Shown here one piece after another: positions 11,601-23,445 of a stretch of 64,000 bases of DNA. Source of the stretch: Mobula hypostoma (taxonomy: Eukaryota); assembly GCF_963921235.1 (NCBI RefSeq), contig NC_086097.1, forward strand, positions 159,714,001 through 159,778,000, written 5' to 3'. The notes beneath the pieces were generated by a model. The model searched no databases, was not told where the DNA came from, and worked only from the letters and a program-made list of their open reading frames with translations. The position numbers and the translations under genes were made by a program. Numbering within the stretch: the stretch's first letter is position 1; each line of letters opens with the position of its first letter.

Positions 11601-12889
11601 TTTAAATTGATAACCTACTGTTTCAAAATACATGCTAATAGTGGTCAAAGAAGTACGCTGATAAATGTTCTTCCTGCTGATTTAACACTAATGTTTCGCT
11701 TAAAACTGTGGTTCAAACTCAAACTGTCAGAGGGTTCATCAGACAATTGCTGGAATAAAAAGCTCACTCTCTCCAAGTTCAATTAGCAATGTCCAGTGTT
11801 TCACAAAGCTATGCATGTGTGATTTTCAATAGTTAGCTGGGTTTGGTAGCATTTTCCTTAACTTCCAAATATTTGGTAATACAAGATATTATTTCCATTG
11901 GATACTCAGTGAAAAAGTATTCTGTTTGAAATTGTTCCTCCCATAGTCAAACTTCACAACCACAGCCATCTCACAGGAGAAATTTACTTGTGTAGGCAAA
12001 CATGTATTAAGTGCGCATCTAACTCAAAGATAATTAAGTGGTCTAATGGTTCTACATTAAAGGCAATATTGTGACGTCCACAGATAAAAAATTATCATTA
12101 TCGGGGTATGCTGCGAAGAACCAATGGGACTTTTAATTAACTTTGAAACAAAACTGTGAATTCCAGAGCACTTACTCATATAAAATCACAAACCAATGAT
12201 TCTCTAAAGCTTTTGGAAATATAAGTGTCCAAAAATAATTTTCTGGCATGAAATCTACTCACAAAATGGTGCTAAACACAAAAAGTTCCAATCAAAGCAC
12301 CTTTGAGTGATAACATTCAAAATGACATCCATTTGAGATAATAATGGACTAATTCAATTAGTCTGGAGCGAGAGGATTAAAATTAGTATGTCACAAATTC
12401 TGTGTTTTGGGAAGGTTGGGATGGAGGGGAGCCGAGGGGAGGTTAGGGAATGGTAGTAGATTGTGTCAATCAATTGTTAGCATGAATTTTGTGCTTTAAT
12501 AAAGAAACATTCTGGGACACATTTCAGAAATGCAAGTGAACTGGCGATGGGTTTGATCACTGTAGACATGAGAAGAAACTTTTTTGAAATTATCATTAAG
12601 GTGAGTTGTGCTTGAAATCAACTAGTGTTAAACAGGACTATGCATTACATAGTTTTTAAAGTTAAAGGAATTATGTTGAAGAAAATAAATATTAGTATCT
12701 ATTTGGTACTCATAGTACAATAACCCATCAAAAGAATGTTACATTGTTCTGCTATGTGAGATTTGACTAGTTTTACCCCATGCAGATATATTCAGGTTGG
12801 ATTCAGGATTTATGGTTTAAGAGGGAAGGTGAAAATCACCAACCTACACCAGGCTGAAAGAAAAGGTTACTACTACATCATTCTGACTT

Positions 12890-13092
12890 GGTACTGCTGT
12901 TCTTTGGGTTTCCTTCAGGTGCTCCAGTTTCCTCCCACAGTCCAAAGATATACTGGTTGGTAGGTTAACTAGTCATTGTAAATTGTTCTGTGATAAGGCA
13001 GCATTAAATCGAGGGTTACTCAGCAGTGCAAATCAAAAGGCTGTAAGCGCCAATTCCGCACTGCATCGTCATTAAAATAAATAAATAAATAA
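12890..13092 (+). mobile_element. V-SINE/HE1-like SINE (5'-truncated)
   Basis: V-domain gggtttccttcaggtgctccagtttcctcccacagtccaaaga; (aaat)n tail. Confidence 0.8.
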
Positions 13093-16000
13093 GCTATATG
13101 GGTCAAAGTCATGACTCTCCCATGCCAACATCCCTATTTGAGTTTTTTCACATCAATGTCTGAAATGGTCCAAGAAAGAGGAATTTCACTATGAACAAAA
13201 ATATAGCAGAAATATAATATAAAACAAAAATATAGACCCATACACTTGAGTTTACAACAATAAGAGAGAAAAATATTTTTGCTATATTTTGAATTTTGAA
13301 GAATAATCTTACAAAGTCAAAGTTTCTAAAGGGGACAGCAGCTTTAATGCTGTGGGAGAGCCTAGAGCTTAGGGCATTGTATCAGTAAGAGAGGTTGGAA
13401 ACTTATCACCTGGAAGAGAGTAGATTTCATTTGTTAGAGGTTGCAGAAGTTGGGAATTCTCTATGATGGGATTAGCAGATGTGGAATAAGCATATTCAGG
13501 ATGGAGATAAACAAATTTAGCATCTTGCTTCCCCCAAGGTAGATAATTTCAAAGATTGTAACCACCTCGAGGGCAAATCCTTCCTCATCTCAACTACAGT
13601 TTGTTGATCTCTGACTCTATTACAGCCTTAGTCCTTGGCACTTTCATGGTTTTAAAACCGATCAAGTCTCTCAGGACCTTTGATACCGTAAGGGTTGAGG
13701 TACTCAGACAGAAAGGTAAAGTTGAGAAGTGTCATATCTTACCAGGAGCTTCTTCGAGTAGCTGCCTGGTCCTCTCTCATGCCTATTTATTACATTCTTA
13801 CAATTTTGAGATCACACAACTGAATTGCTAGGCAATAGGAATCCACAAGAAGATGGTGCTAGAGAAAAACGCTACTAAAAGTGATGTCCTCAGGACAGGT
13901 AACAAAGCAATTCTGTTCACTTCTTTTACATCTTCTTTTTATTTCAGATATGATTCTGCCTCTGTTAGTGCTTGTAGCTTACACTCTGGTGGTGTGATTT
14001 TGGGCCAACTGGCCGATCTGGTGCTTTGCTGTCTCCAAGAGTATTCCATGAGGTTGTGACCAAAGTGTACAAGTGTACATGGAGGTCAGGAAGCCAAGAG
14101 ATGGGGTGCAAGCCCATAATCTCTCACCGATCTCACTGATTAAAACGCCGGGGAAGATTAAAATCATTGAGGTGGGTGCAGAGGCTGAGTGAGTGTTCAA
14201 CACCATTTCCGAGCCCCTTGCTCGCTGCTGCCGGAGAAGATGCCTGCCTGTGGCAGTCTTACTTTCTCTGCTACCAAGAGAAGATCCTTGCATTTGAGTG
14301 ATCTCCCTCTCCCTTGATGCTGTTCATGGATGGTGCCAGAGCAAGGTTTAATTGATGTGGATTGTAGATTTGGACTCAAATTCAGGTTTATGATGAGTTC
14401 TAGCTCCAGTCGCTCTTTTGTGTTACTATTTTTGGGCAATTTTTGAATAGGGGCAGCCTGAAGATAATAAACACTGAACTGGCCATGGTTCTTCTTTGCT
14501 TCGTGACTGTGGGGAAGATCAATTTTAAGGTTGTATACTACATACGTACTTTGATCATATATGTACTTTGAATCTTTTGGAATCTTGAATGTGAAAGTAG
14601 AAAGAGGCTTAAGTGTATATCATGTCTTGCAAAATCCATTTATTTTTTTTTAAAGGGTGAGCTGCAAAATCAGAATGTTTCTACAAGGCTATAATAACTG
14701 AATCTGAATATTCATAGATTCTAATGTGTTTTGGAACAATAAGAGCATGCATAGTTTTTAACACCACAGTATGGTACATGATCATCATTTTTATTTTAAA
14801 GTAATGATAGTTATTTTATTATCTTTAAAATAAAATATTAATCTTTCAAAAATAAATTAATTTTGGATTATGATTAAATGCAATTAAAGATTTTGGAAAA
14901 TGTAGATTGTATTGCTTCAAGTCATAATGCAATCGTTATGCCACTTATTTAAATTAAGAGACATTGGCTGCTATCGATTCTTAGAGAATTTGAGATATTC
15001 CAATTTTTTCCCTTCCTGTCAGCAATGCTCAATTGCATACTGCTAATTCCCGGAGGTCTTTGATCTCACAAATTGCATTTTAAATTAGAACTGACAATTC
15101 AAAGTAAAACACAGACATATGAATAAAGGAGCTGATGGATATTTGGCAGTAGGTCAGATTTTAATTTTGCACTGAATGACTACTTCAGACCTGGCGCTTG
15201 TAGATATGACCGTCTGTTATATGAATTGATTCTTTTTTGCAGGGGGATAACAAAATGCTGTTGGAGCAGTATGTTGACACAACCTAGACTGCTATTATGG
15301 AAAAATCCTGTAGCAAATGCTTCTTCTTTGCAGGTATATAAACAAAATTTTGCTTAATCTACAAGAAGTTCATCCTTAGCTGTGGGATACTGCAGTCTCT
15401 CAGAAGCCTAAAAAACTTAATATTTTAATCTTTTACTTGTCTGTCAGCCAAGGCTGAAGAGAAAGCTGTCTTGTGTGGCTGCTTTTCAATTGTAAGTGCT
15501 GATTTGCATTAGACAGCACAGATTCCCATCTTTAAAACTTGTGGATTAATTTAAATTTAAAATGTAATCCTGGGTGATTTTGTGGAAGAATTAGTGAACA
15601 ACTTGCGGTAAGGGGAGAAAGATTAATGAGGCATTAATATCCAAAAGATGATTCACTTTGGCAGTTTAATTCTGTAAGGTCAAAGCAGATCTGCTCTCTG
15701 CCTGTAACTGACAGCTAGGTAGCTTGAAAGGAAGGTTAGTAGGTCTCAGGAAATTTGTCCCTTAATTGATTGGCTTCTTTTTAATTATACTGGAGTAAAA
15801 TGTTTCTCCCATGGTGCAGCCATTTAAGTTAAAATATTTTTCAATGATTGACATCTAGTATATGATAACAGGTGAATCAAAAAACAAATTTTTGAGAGTG
15901 AGACACTGTCCACGGTATCATTTTCTTGTTTCTCTCATATTGTGTTCTTACTGTACAGGTACACAGTATTAAGAACGTATGATAGCTGCAATGTGAGGAT

Positions 16001-16521
16001 AGACTCCTATATTCTATAAGAGGGCAGATACTACAGATAGTCTCTGTAATGGAGGAAGGAGTGAATTCAGTTGACTGATAAATTGCATTTTTCATGATTA
16101 GTAGATCCTTTGGAATATCACACTTTATTAACCTCTCACTATTTAAATAGAATTCTTCTTCATTTTTCATACAAAAGTGCGGTATATCCTCCCTTTATAC
16201 TCAAGCATTCTGTATGCTAAGTTTCCATTTTGGGTTACCCTATCACTCTCTGCCAGGAACGATAACCAGACCAAACTAATTTATCTTTTTTTCCCTATAA
16301 TTCAACTATTTCATTACAATAATTACATTCATATGTTGTGATTCAGTTTTAAACTTCGATTATTATACCCTGATGTGGTCTTACTCCAGTTTGCTTTAGG
16401 ATTCGTTTCCGAGCCTCTCCAGCTCTTGGCTCCATCCCTCCCCCTCCTGTCTGCTCCTATCATTTTGGATCTCCCCCTCCCCCTCCAACTTTCAAATCTC
16501 TTACTCACTCTTCCTTCAGTT

Positions 16522-16557
16522 AGTCCTGACGAAGGGTCTCGGCCTGAAACGTTGACT
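16522..16557 (+). ncRNA. Minimal type-I hammerhead ribozyme, copy 1 (GUU triplet, predicted cleavage after 16553)
   Basis: AGTC CTGACGA AGGGTCTCGGCCT GAAA CG TT GACT: stem I agtc/gact, core CUGANGA and GAAA, stem II, palindromic AACGTT at stem III. Confidence 0.85.
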
Positions 16558-17005
16558 GCACCTCTTCCTAGGGATGCTGCCTGGCCTGCTGCGTTCACCA
16601 GCAACTTTGATGTGTGTTGCTTGAATTTCCAGCATCTGCAGAATTCCTGTTGTTTGCGTTTTTAAATTCACTATTGCGAAGCCTCTTCCGGTGATGCCTA
16701 CACTGAAGAAGTTTAAATCTTCTCTTTGACGGAGTTCAGTGAAACCATCTCTCACTGCTCCCCATCTGTAATTTCTTCGGCTCTTCAACTTTTCGACCAC
16801 ATTTTGACTCAGACTCGCTATTACAGCCATATATCCTTTCTTGGAACGTGCCTCCATCGCCAACTTACTCCAGTTGGCTTTAGGATTCATTTCCGAGCCT
16901 CTCCAGCTCTTGGCTCCATCCCTCCCCCTCCTGCCTTCTCCTATCATTTTGGCTCTCCCCCTCCCCCTCCAACTTTCAAATCTCTTACTCACTCTTCCTT
17001 CAGTT

Positions 17006-17041
17006 AGTCCTGACGAAGGGTCTTGGCCTGAAACGTCGACT
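17006..17041 (+). ncRNA. Minimal type-I hammerhead ribozyme, copy 2 (GUC triplet, predicted cleavage after 17037)
   Basis: AGTC CTGACGA AGGGTCTTGGCCT GAAA CG TC GACT. Confidence 0.87.
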
Positions 17042-17428
17042 GCACCTCTTCCTAGAGATGCTGCCTGGCCTGCTGCGTTCACCAGCAACTTTGATGTGTG
17101 TTGCTTGAATTTCCAGCATCTGCAGAATTCCTGTTGTTTGGTCTTAATTGTTGGTGGCTTTTACCTAGTATGAATTTGGATCTGATAAAACCTTTACCTT
17201 TACCTGTGCTTTCCCTCCCTAATATTTGTTGAGGCCCTATCCCTGATCCTTGTTATTTTATTTACATGTACACATATCCCAGCCAAAGCTGAAGTGAATA
17301 TACCTTCTTTCTTTAGTACAAGCGCCATATTCTATGAATTAAAACTCATACGACAGGTCACATAGTTAAGCCTCCAATCTGTCAGTGATAATACTAATTT
17401 ATGCATTACCCAATTAATGGGAGAAGGA

Positions 17429-17648
17429 GAAGATGGCAGCATGATGCAGCGCACGTGCCACTCCAGTGAATGATTTTTGTTATGTGTCAAGTAGGGTACC
17501 ATGCACAATTCTGATTTGATGGAGACAGATGTGAGAGTACGGAGGAACATCTGGAGAAACTTCTGAAGTGCCCGCTTTACTGCCGGTGCTACTGTGTGGT
17601 CCGGAATCTCTGGAGGAGAAGGCCCCGAATCCTTGGCTTTGCTTGTTT
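17429..17648 (+). repeat. 5' part of an interspersed repeat beginning with a YY1-like AAGATGGC motif
   Basis: gaagatggcagcatgatgcagcgc..., GC-richer than flanks, cut at 17650 by a SINE; family recalled, not verifiable here. Confidence 0.4.
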
Positions 17649-17649
17649 C

Positions 17650-17890
17650 TATATTTATTTTAATTATTTTTATTTATTTAGAGATAGAGCACAGAACAGA
17701 CCCTTCCGTCCCAATGAGTCGACCACCAGCATACAACCTATTTTAACACTAGCCTAAACACAGGACAATTAAAAATGACCAATTAACCTGCTAACCAGTA
17801 TGTCTTTGGACTGTGGGAAGAAACTGGAGCACCCTGAGCAAACCCATGTAGTTCACCAACAGAACATACAAGCCTCCTTACAGACAGTGC
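17650..17890 (-). mobile_element. V-SINE/HE1-like SINE
   Basis: tctttggactgtgggaagaaactggagcaccctgagcaaacccat is the reverse complement of the V-domain; (tatt)n tail. Confidence 0.8.
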
Positions 17891-18799
17891 TGTAATAGAA
17901 GCTTGTTGCTCATTCAACTTCTGTTATGGACCCCAACAACAATTAGCTGCTTATCCATATTCGCCATTAACCCGCTGTTTCAGGAATATGTTTTTGAGTT
18001 CCAGAATCAGGAAACCACGTAGACTTGAGATTTCCCAAACATGACTGGGGAGTAAAGCATTTATTTTCTCCTAATAGTATCCTCTGTCATTGTGTCCATC
18101 ATAATCCTTCTACCAAATTGTGCCATAGTCCATTTGCCCATCCTCAACATGAGCACGTGCCTCCCAGTTTGACAATAGCAATCAGAGACCCTCTTTCACT
18201 TATCTTCTGAGCAGTGTTATTTTCAGCTTCACGTTCCTGTACCTAACCTCTCACTCATCACTAATTGATTATGAACATCTCTTGGGCTGGAATATTTAGA
18301 TAACTCTCCCTCACTCTAATCTATCTCAGTCTGTACATCATGGACAACTCTGAAGTGACATTCCTCAAGCAGATAAACCTTACATTTGAGTGGAGCTCGT
18401 GAAGCTATGGTGATACAGAGTGAAGTTAGCTCTCCTGTTCCATTTTCATTCCAAGAACAATAGATATTCACTTTTGATTTGTGTGTTTTTTTTATCCTAA
18501 TTGTGTTTTTTCTTGTAGAAAAAGTGTTAAATTATGATTTTCTTGTGAAAGCTGCTTATAAGCTGTTATGCACCTATGATGCTGCTGCAAATAAAATTTT
18601 CATTGCTGCAGAGTGTGCATGTACAGTACTTGTGCATATGAAAAAAAATTCAAGTATTGACTAATTAGATATAATTAATTCACATTACTTAGTGTACATT
18701 TATTGATTTAAGTCAAAGGAAGTATTTTAAGAAATCTGATTTCTCACTCTTGGGAAATTCTGCCCAATCTATCTCTAATACACCCAGTTAAATTTGAGA

Positions 18800-19000
18800 T
18801 CTGTATCTTAGCCCAGAAGAACTTTGGGCCATGTTTTGAATAACTCCACTGGACCCAAGAGTCCATTTAACATTTCATCCAAAGTACAGCACCATCTACA
18901 ATATTCCCTTAGTGATGCTTACATGTCAGTTTAAATGTAATGGACACCACCTGGAATTTTGCTTGTACTTACGACCTTAGAAGTGAGAGTGCTTCCAACA
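18800..19000 (-). mobile_element. Possible ancient DeuSINE remnant
   Basis: tttaacatttcatccaaagtacagcacc...tgtcag...gtgagagtgct resembles the recalled Deu-domain/SacSINE consensus. Confidence 0.4.
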
Positions 19001-20029
19001 GGGGAAATCTAACAGCTGGAACTATAAATACAGCATAGGAATAGTTCTTTTTAATGCCCATGACTGAAATTCCCTCGAGAGGAAACTTATGAGGATTTAG
19101 TCACGCAAACTGTACAACTAAGATTATTTTGCTTCAGCGCTTGAAATCATTTTTCCATAATATTAGATGTGCCTCACTAATGTAATGATACAGTATATTA
19201 ACATGCATCATTGAGAAAAGCAGTGTAATCTTTTTGTATTCTTTTAAAGAACTTAAATCTAATGTTTGATCTTGCCTGCCTCATCTATCGCTTGTTTCCA
19301 GTCTTAAGTTAATCAGATTGTCCGTCACATTCACATTCTGCATATCAGGTGGAGTAAAAGCAAGTTCTAAAATTCACTCCCATATAAAAGAGGAAGATAA
19401 AAGATGGAAGATGGACATTGTTCAGTCTAGTTCCACCTTGGAGATATTCAATGACTCTACCTCCAGAGTTCTCCAGTAAGATATTTCCAAAGAAAACTTA
19501 CTGCCTGAAATGTCAATAACCTTATGTTGAAACTGTGCCCTTTGTCTAGATACCTACACAAGGGAAACATTCTCATGATCTACTTTGATAAATCTTCTTT
19601 GATGATAGTTCTTCATTGGATCTTATTTATTTCAATAAGATCATCCTTCACTTTTTCTCAGCACAAATCTGCTAGATTTTAAGCCCAGTATGTTTGACCT
19701 CTGTTCACAGACCAAATGCCTTATTCCAGAAATCAACCTGGTAAGTATTATCTGCATTGTGTTAAAAACAAGTATAACCCTCTTTAAATATGTGGAACAC
19801 AACAGTTCTTAGTACTCCACATACTGTCTCACCTGTGGCCTATAAGGATCATAACAACTTACTTATTTTTACTTAAAACCTAATTAAAATGCAAATACTA
19901 GAAATGTGAAATACAACAAAAATGTTGTAAACATTCAGCAGGTTAGAAAGCATCTGCGGCAAGAGAAGTCAGAGTCATAGGGAAATACAGACCAAAAACT
20001 TTAGCTCTACAGTCCACCATGTGATGCTG

Positions 20030-21333
20030 GTTGTCATGTACACAAACTCAAGCTGTTGCCATGGGCACAAGCATGGGCTCCAGATATGCCTGCCTTTTCA
20101 TTGGCTAAGTAGAAGAGTCCATGTTACAAACCTTTCCTGATAATTCTCGCCAACTCTTTCTGTGCTACACTGACTGACAGCATTGGTGCTGCTTCATGCG
20201 CCCATAATGAGCTTCTCACTTTCATCAACTTTGCCTCCATTTTCCACCCTCCCCTTAAATTCACTTAGTCCATTTATGACACCTCTCCCTCCTTTCACGA
20301 TCTCTCTATTTCCATCTCTGGAGACAAACTGTCTAGCGACATCTTTTAGAAACCTACCGATTCCCATGACTTTCTAGACTATACCTCTTCCCACCCTGTC
20401 TCCTGTGAAAATATTATTCCCTTTTCTCAGTTTCTTCATCTCTGTGGCATCCATTCACAGGATGAGGCTTTCCTTGTCAGGACATCACAGATAACTTCCT
20501 TCTTCAAATAACAAGGTTCCCCTTGTTCCGCCATTGATGCTGCCCTCACCCGCATCTCCTCCATTTCCTAGAGATCTGCACTCACCCCACCTTCCTGCCG
20601 CCTTAACAGGTATAGGGTTCCTCTTGTGCTCACCTACCATCCCTTGAGACCCCGCATCTAACACGTTATTCTCCGCAGTTTTTGCCACCTTCAATTGGAT
20701 CTTGCCACCAAACAACTTTACCTGCCCCCGCTTTCCACTTTCTGTAGGGCTAGCTCCCTCCGTGATTTCCTTGTTCATTTGTTCCTCCTCACTAATCTCC
20801 CTCATGGCAGGTATCCCTGCGAGTGACCAAAAGCTACATCTGCCCACTACCTCCTCCCTCACCTCCAGTCAGGGCCCCAAATAGTCCTTCCATGTGAGGC
20901 AACACTTCACCTGCTAATCTGTTGGGATCATCTACTGTATCTGGTGCACCCGATGCCTCCACTACATTGGTGAAACCAGACATAAATTGGAGGACCGCTT
21001 TGCTGAGAACCTCTGCTCCATCTGCCAAAAGAGGAAATTCCCAGTGGCCAATCATTTTAATTCCTATCCCCATCCCTATTTCAACATGTCGGTCCATGGC
21101 CTCCTCTTTTGCCACAGTGAGGCTGGAGGAGCAACAGCTTATATTCCATGTAGGTAGCCTCCAACCTAATGGCACAATATTGATTTCTTCCCCCTTCCTT
21201 TCCAGTCCTGACAAAGGACCTCAGCCTGAAATGTTGATTGTTTATTCAACAGCTGCTGCCTTACCAGCTGAGTTCCTCTGGCATTTTGTGTGTGTTGCTC
21301 TGGATTTCCAACATCTGCAGAATCTCTTGTGTT
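20030..21333 (+). pseudogene. Decayed Penelope-like element (RT + GIY-YIG remnants, hammerhead tail)
   Basis: gccatgggcacaagcatggg (AMGT.MG), RVPLVLTYHP-like and RLEEQQLIFHVGSLQPNG segments homologous to ORF 39021-40322; degenerate HHR at 21204-21239. Confidence 0.85.
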
Positions 21334-23445
21334 TATCATGTACCCATCTATAATAATTTCATTTATTAACACATAGTCTGTAGTTTTCTCTGGTAATTCA
21401 CATGCTTGCTTAGATACTTAAACATTATGAGAGTTTAATGGCCCTTCATCATATCATTCTTAGTGCTGATGAAGGGTCTTTGACCTGAAACATCAACTGT
21501 TTTTGCATAGTTGCCCCCTGAACTGTTGAGTGTTTCCATCATTTTCACTTTGATTCTCCAATGCCCTTACAATAAAGGCTGGAACTGGAATCCATTAATT
21601 TTCCTAATTACCTGATGCACTTGCATACTAACTTTTTTGGGTTCAGTGCACTTGGACCCTCATATCCCTTTCTATACTGCATTTTACTGCCGAACTCCAC
21701 TATATATATTAAAAAAAAACACTTGCTTCTTCATTCTTCCTTCCAAAATGGAGAACTTCACTCCCCTCCCCCTATTTTACTTAATCTGCCAAATTCTTCC
21801 CACTTACATAACCCACCGATAACACTTTGTAACCCTGCCCCCCCCGCCACTAGTTGCTAACCTACTTTTGTATCAATTGCAAATTTAGCTACAGAACAGT
21901 CTGTGCCTTCATTCAAGACATCAGTAAAGTTTGTGAATGGTTTCCCTCCAGGTTCTGATGGCCAATTTATCCTAAGTATCAATTCTATGAATTTGCTGCT
22001 CCCCTCGCCATGTCATTATGGGGGAGGAGGGAAACACAAGGGAATACTTTTGATCAAAACTGGGAGAAAAGGATGACACAAGTACTGTTGGTGCTACTGA
22101 GGAAAGCTGCTAAAAGGTGATTAAGAGACAAATAAGGCTGCTTAAGTGAATTTCGGTCAACACTTTATAAACCCTCAATCTGTTCTCCTGACTTCCCATT
22201 CCTGATGTCCACAATCAATTCCGTGACCTTCCTGAATTTGAGTATGACTTTGTCATTGTGACATCACTCAAGTGGCTGCCCATCTCATTTCTGAGAATCT
22301 CCTCATTGCCCTCGGTGATATTACCAAAAACAGAGTATCATCTGCAAATTTATAGATGCCATTATAGTCTGCATCAAAACTGGCCATGTTTATAAATATT
22401 CTAGAGAACACAGCATAAAAATTGGTACGTGCATAAGTAACTAATATAGAAGCTGAATTATTACAAAAATATTTTATGAATATTTATGCGAGAATTGCAA
22501 TAGGCTTTCATAAAGTCATCCTCGTTTGAATTAGGGAGGTTGGTAAGAAATAATTATAGTTTCATTAAAGGTTACATTCAGACAGGTTTGAATTTTTGAG
22601 GTGTTCAGCATGAGGTGAGTTTGTAAGTAGAGTACATTAATATTAATTCAAGTGTTTTCCTTTCATCCCACTGAAATAGCAGTAACTCAATGTTGGCTGC
22701 AAGGGAGAGCAAGATTATTGATAGTAATTTAATAATTTCTGTGCTAAACTATGCATGTGAAAAAATACAGAAGTTGTCAGTGAAGAAAACACCAATAGTC
22801 TTTCCTTCATTATCAAAATTCTGACCTAATGAGATGTTTCTATGTTATTCAAGTTTCGGAATGGTTTGTAGCTTCAAACGATCAGTTTCTGATTCAGAAG
22901 TAGATGATCCAAGAATTATTTTAAAGTAATTCTGGAGGAAAAAAATGTCACATGAATGTGCCTCTACACTGATTGCAGTCTGTCACTGATTATAATGGTC
23001 ATCATGCAGAAATAAAAGTGCTTGAAATAATCTGCATTCCAGGCAGCATCTATGGTTAATATTCAGTGACGCCATCACTAGACACATTTTCCCTTTTTCT
23101 TTACTTTTGGAACATTGAAGGGTTACTATTTGTACATCACTCTTCTTCTCTCTTTCCCCATTGCATCATCCCATACAACTCAGAAGACAGAGCTTCTGAT
23201 CTTTAACTTTTCACTATTCGACTAATTCGATGATTCACATCTGCCTCTTCCAATCAGGGCTTATGTTATAGTCTCTTCTACACCAGAGGAATAAAATAGA
23301 CTGGTGACTGCTTTCTGGAACACCTCCACTCACGCTGCAAGAGTGACCCTGAGCCTTCTCATGCCTGTCACTTTAACTCCTCATCCCTGCTCCCCATGAC
23401 ATTTTTTTTAAATCTTTGGTCACTTATACTGCTCCAATGAAAGCA

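Larger units (their letters stand above)
16381..17138 (+). mobile_element. Non-autonomous Penelope-like element: 1.57 tandem copies of a 484-nt hammerhead-containing unit
   Basis: 16381-16655 repeats at 16865-17139 (8 substitutions by my count); flanking duplication tggtctta (16376-16383, 17139-17146); 3' part matches 38590-38828 minus. Confidence 0.9.

Noticed and set aside
13949..14059. Strong acceptor-like site tttatttcag followed by an open frame
   Set aside because: No recognisable protein or convincing donor; runs into repeat-like sequence
16516..17088. 190-aa minus-strand ORF and the repeated MLVNAAGQAAS... peptides (16329, 38581)
   Set aside because: Antisense translations of the hammerhead-bearing Penelope terminus; the repetition reflects TE copies, not a protein family
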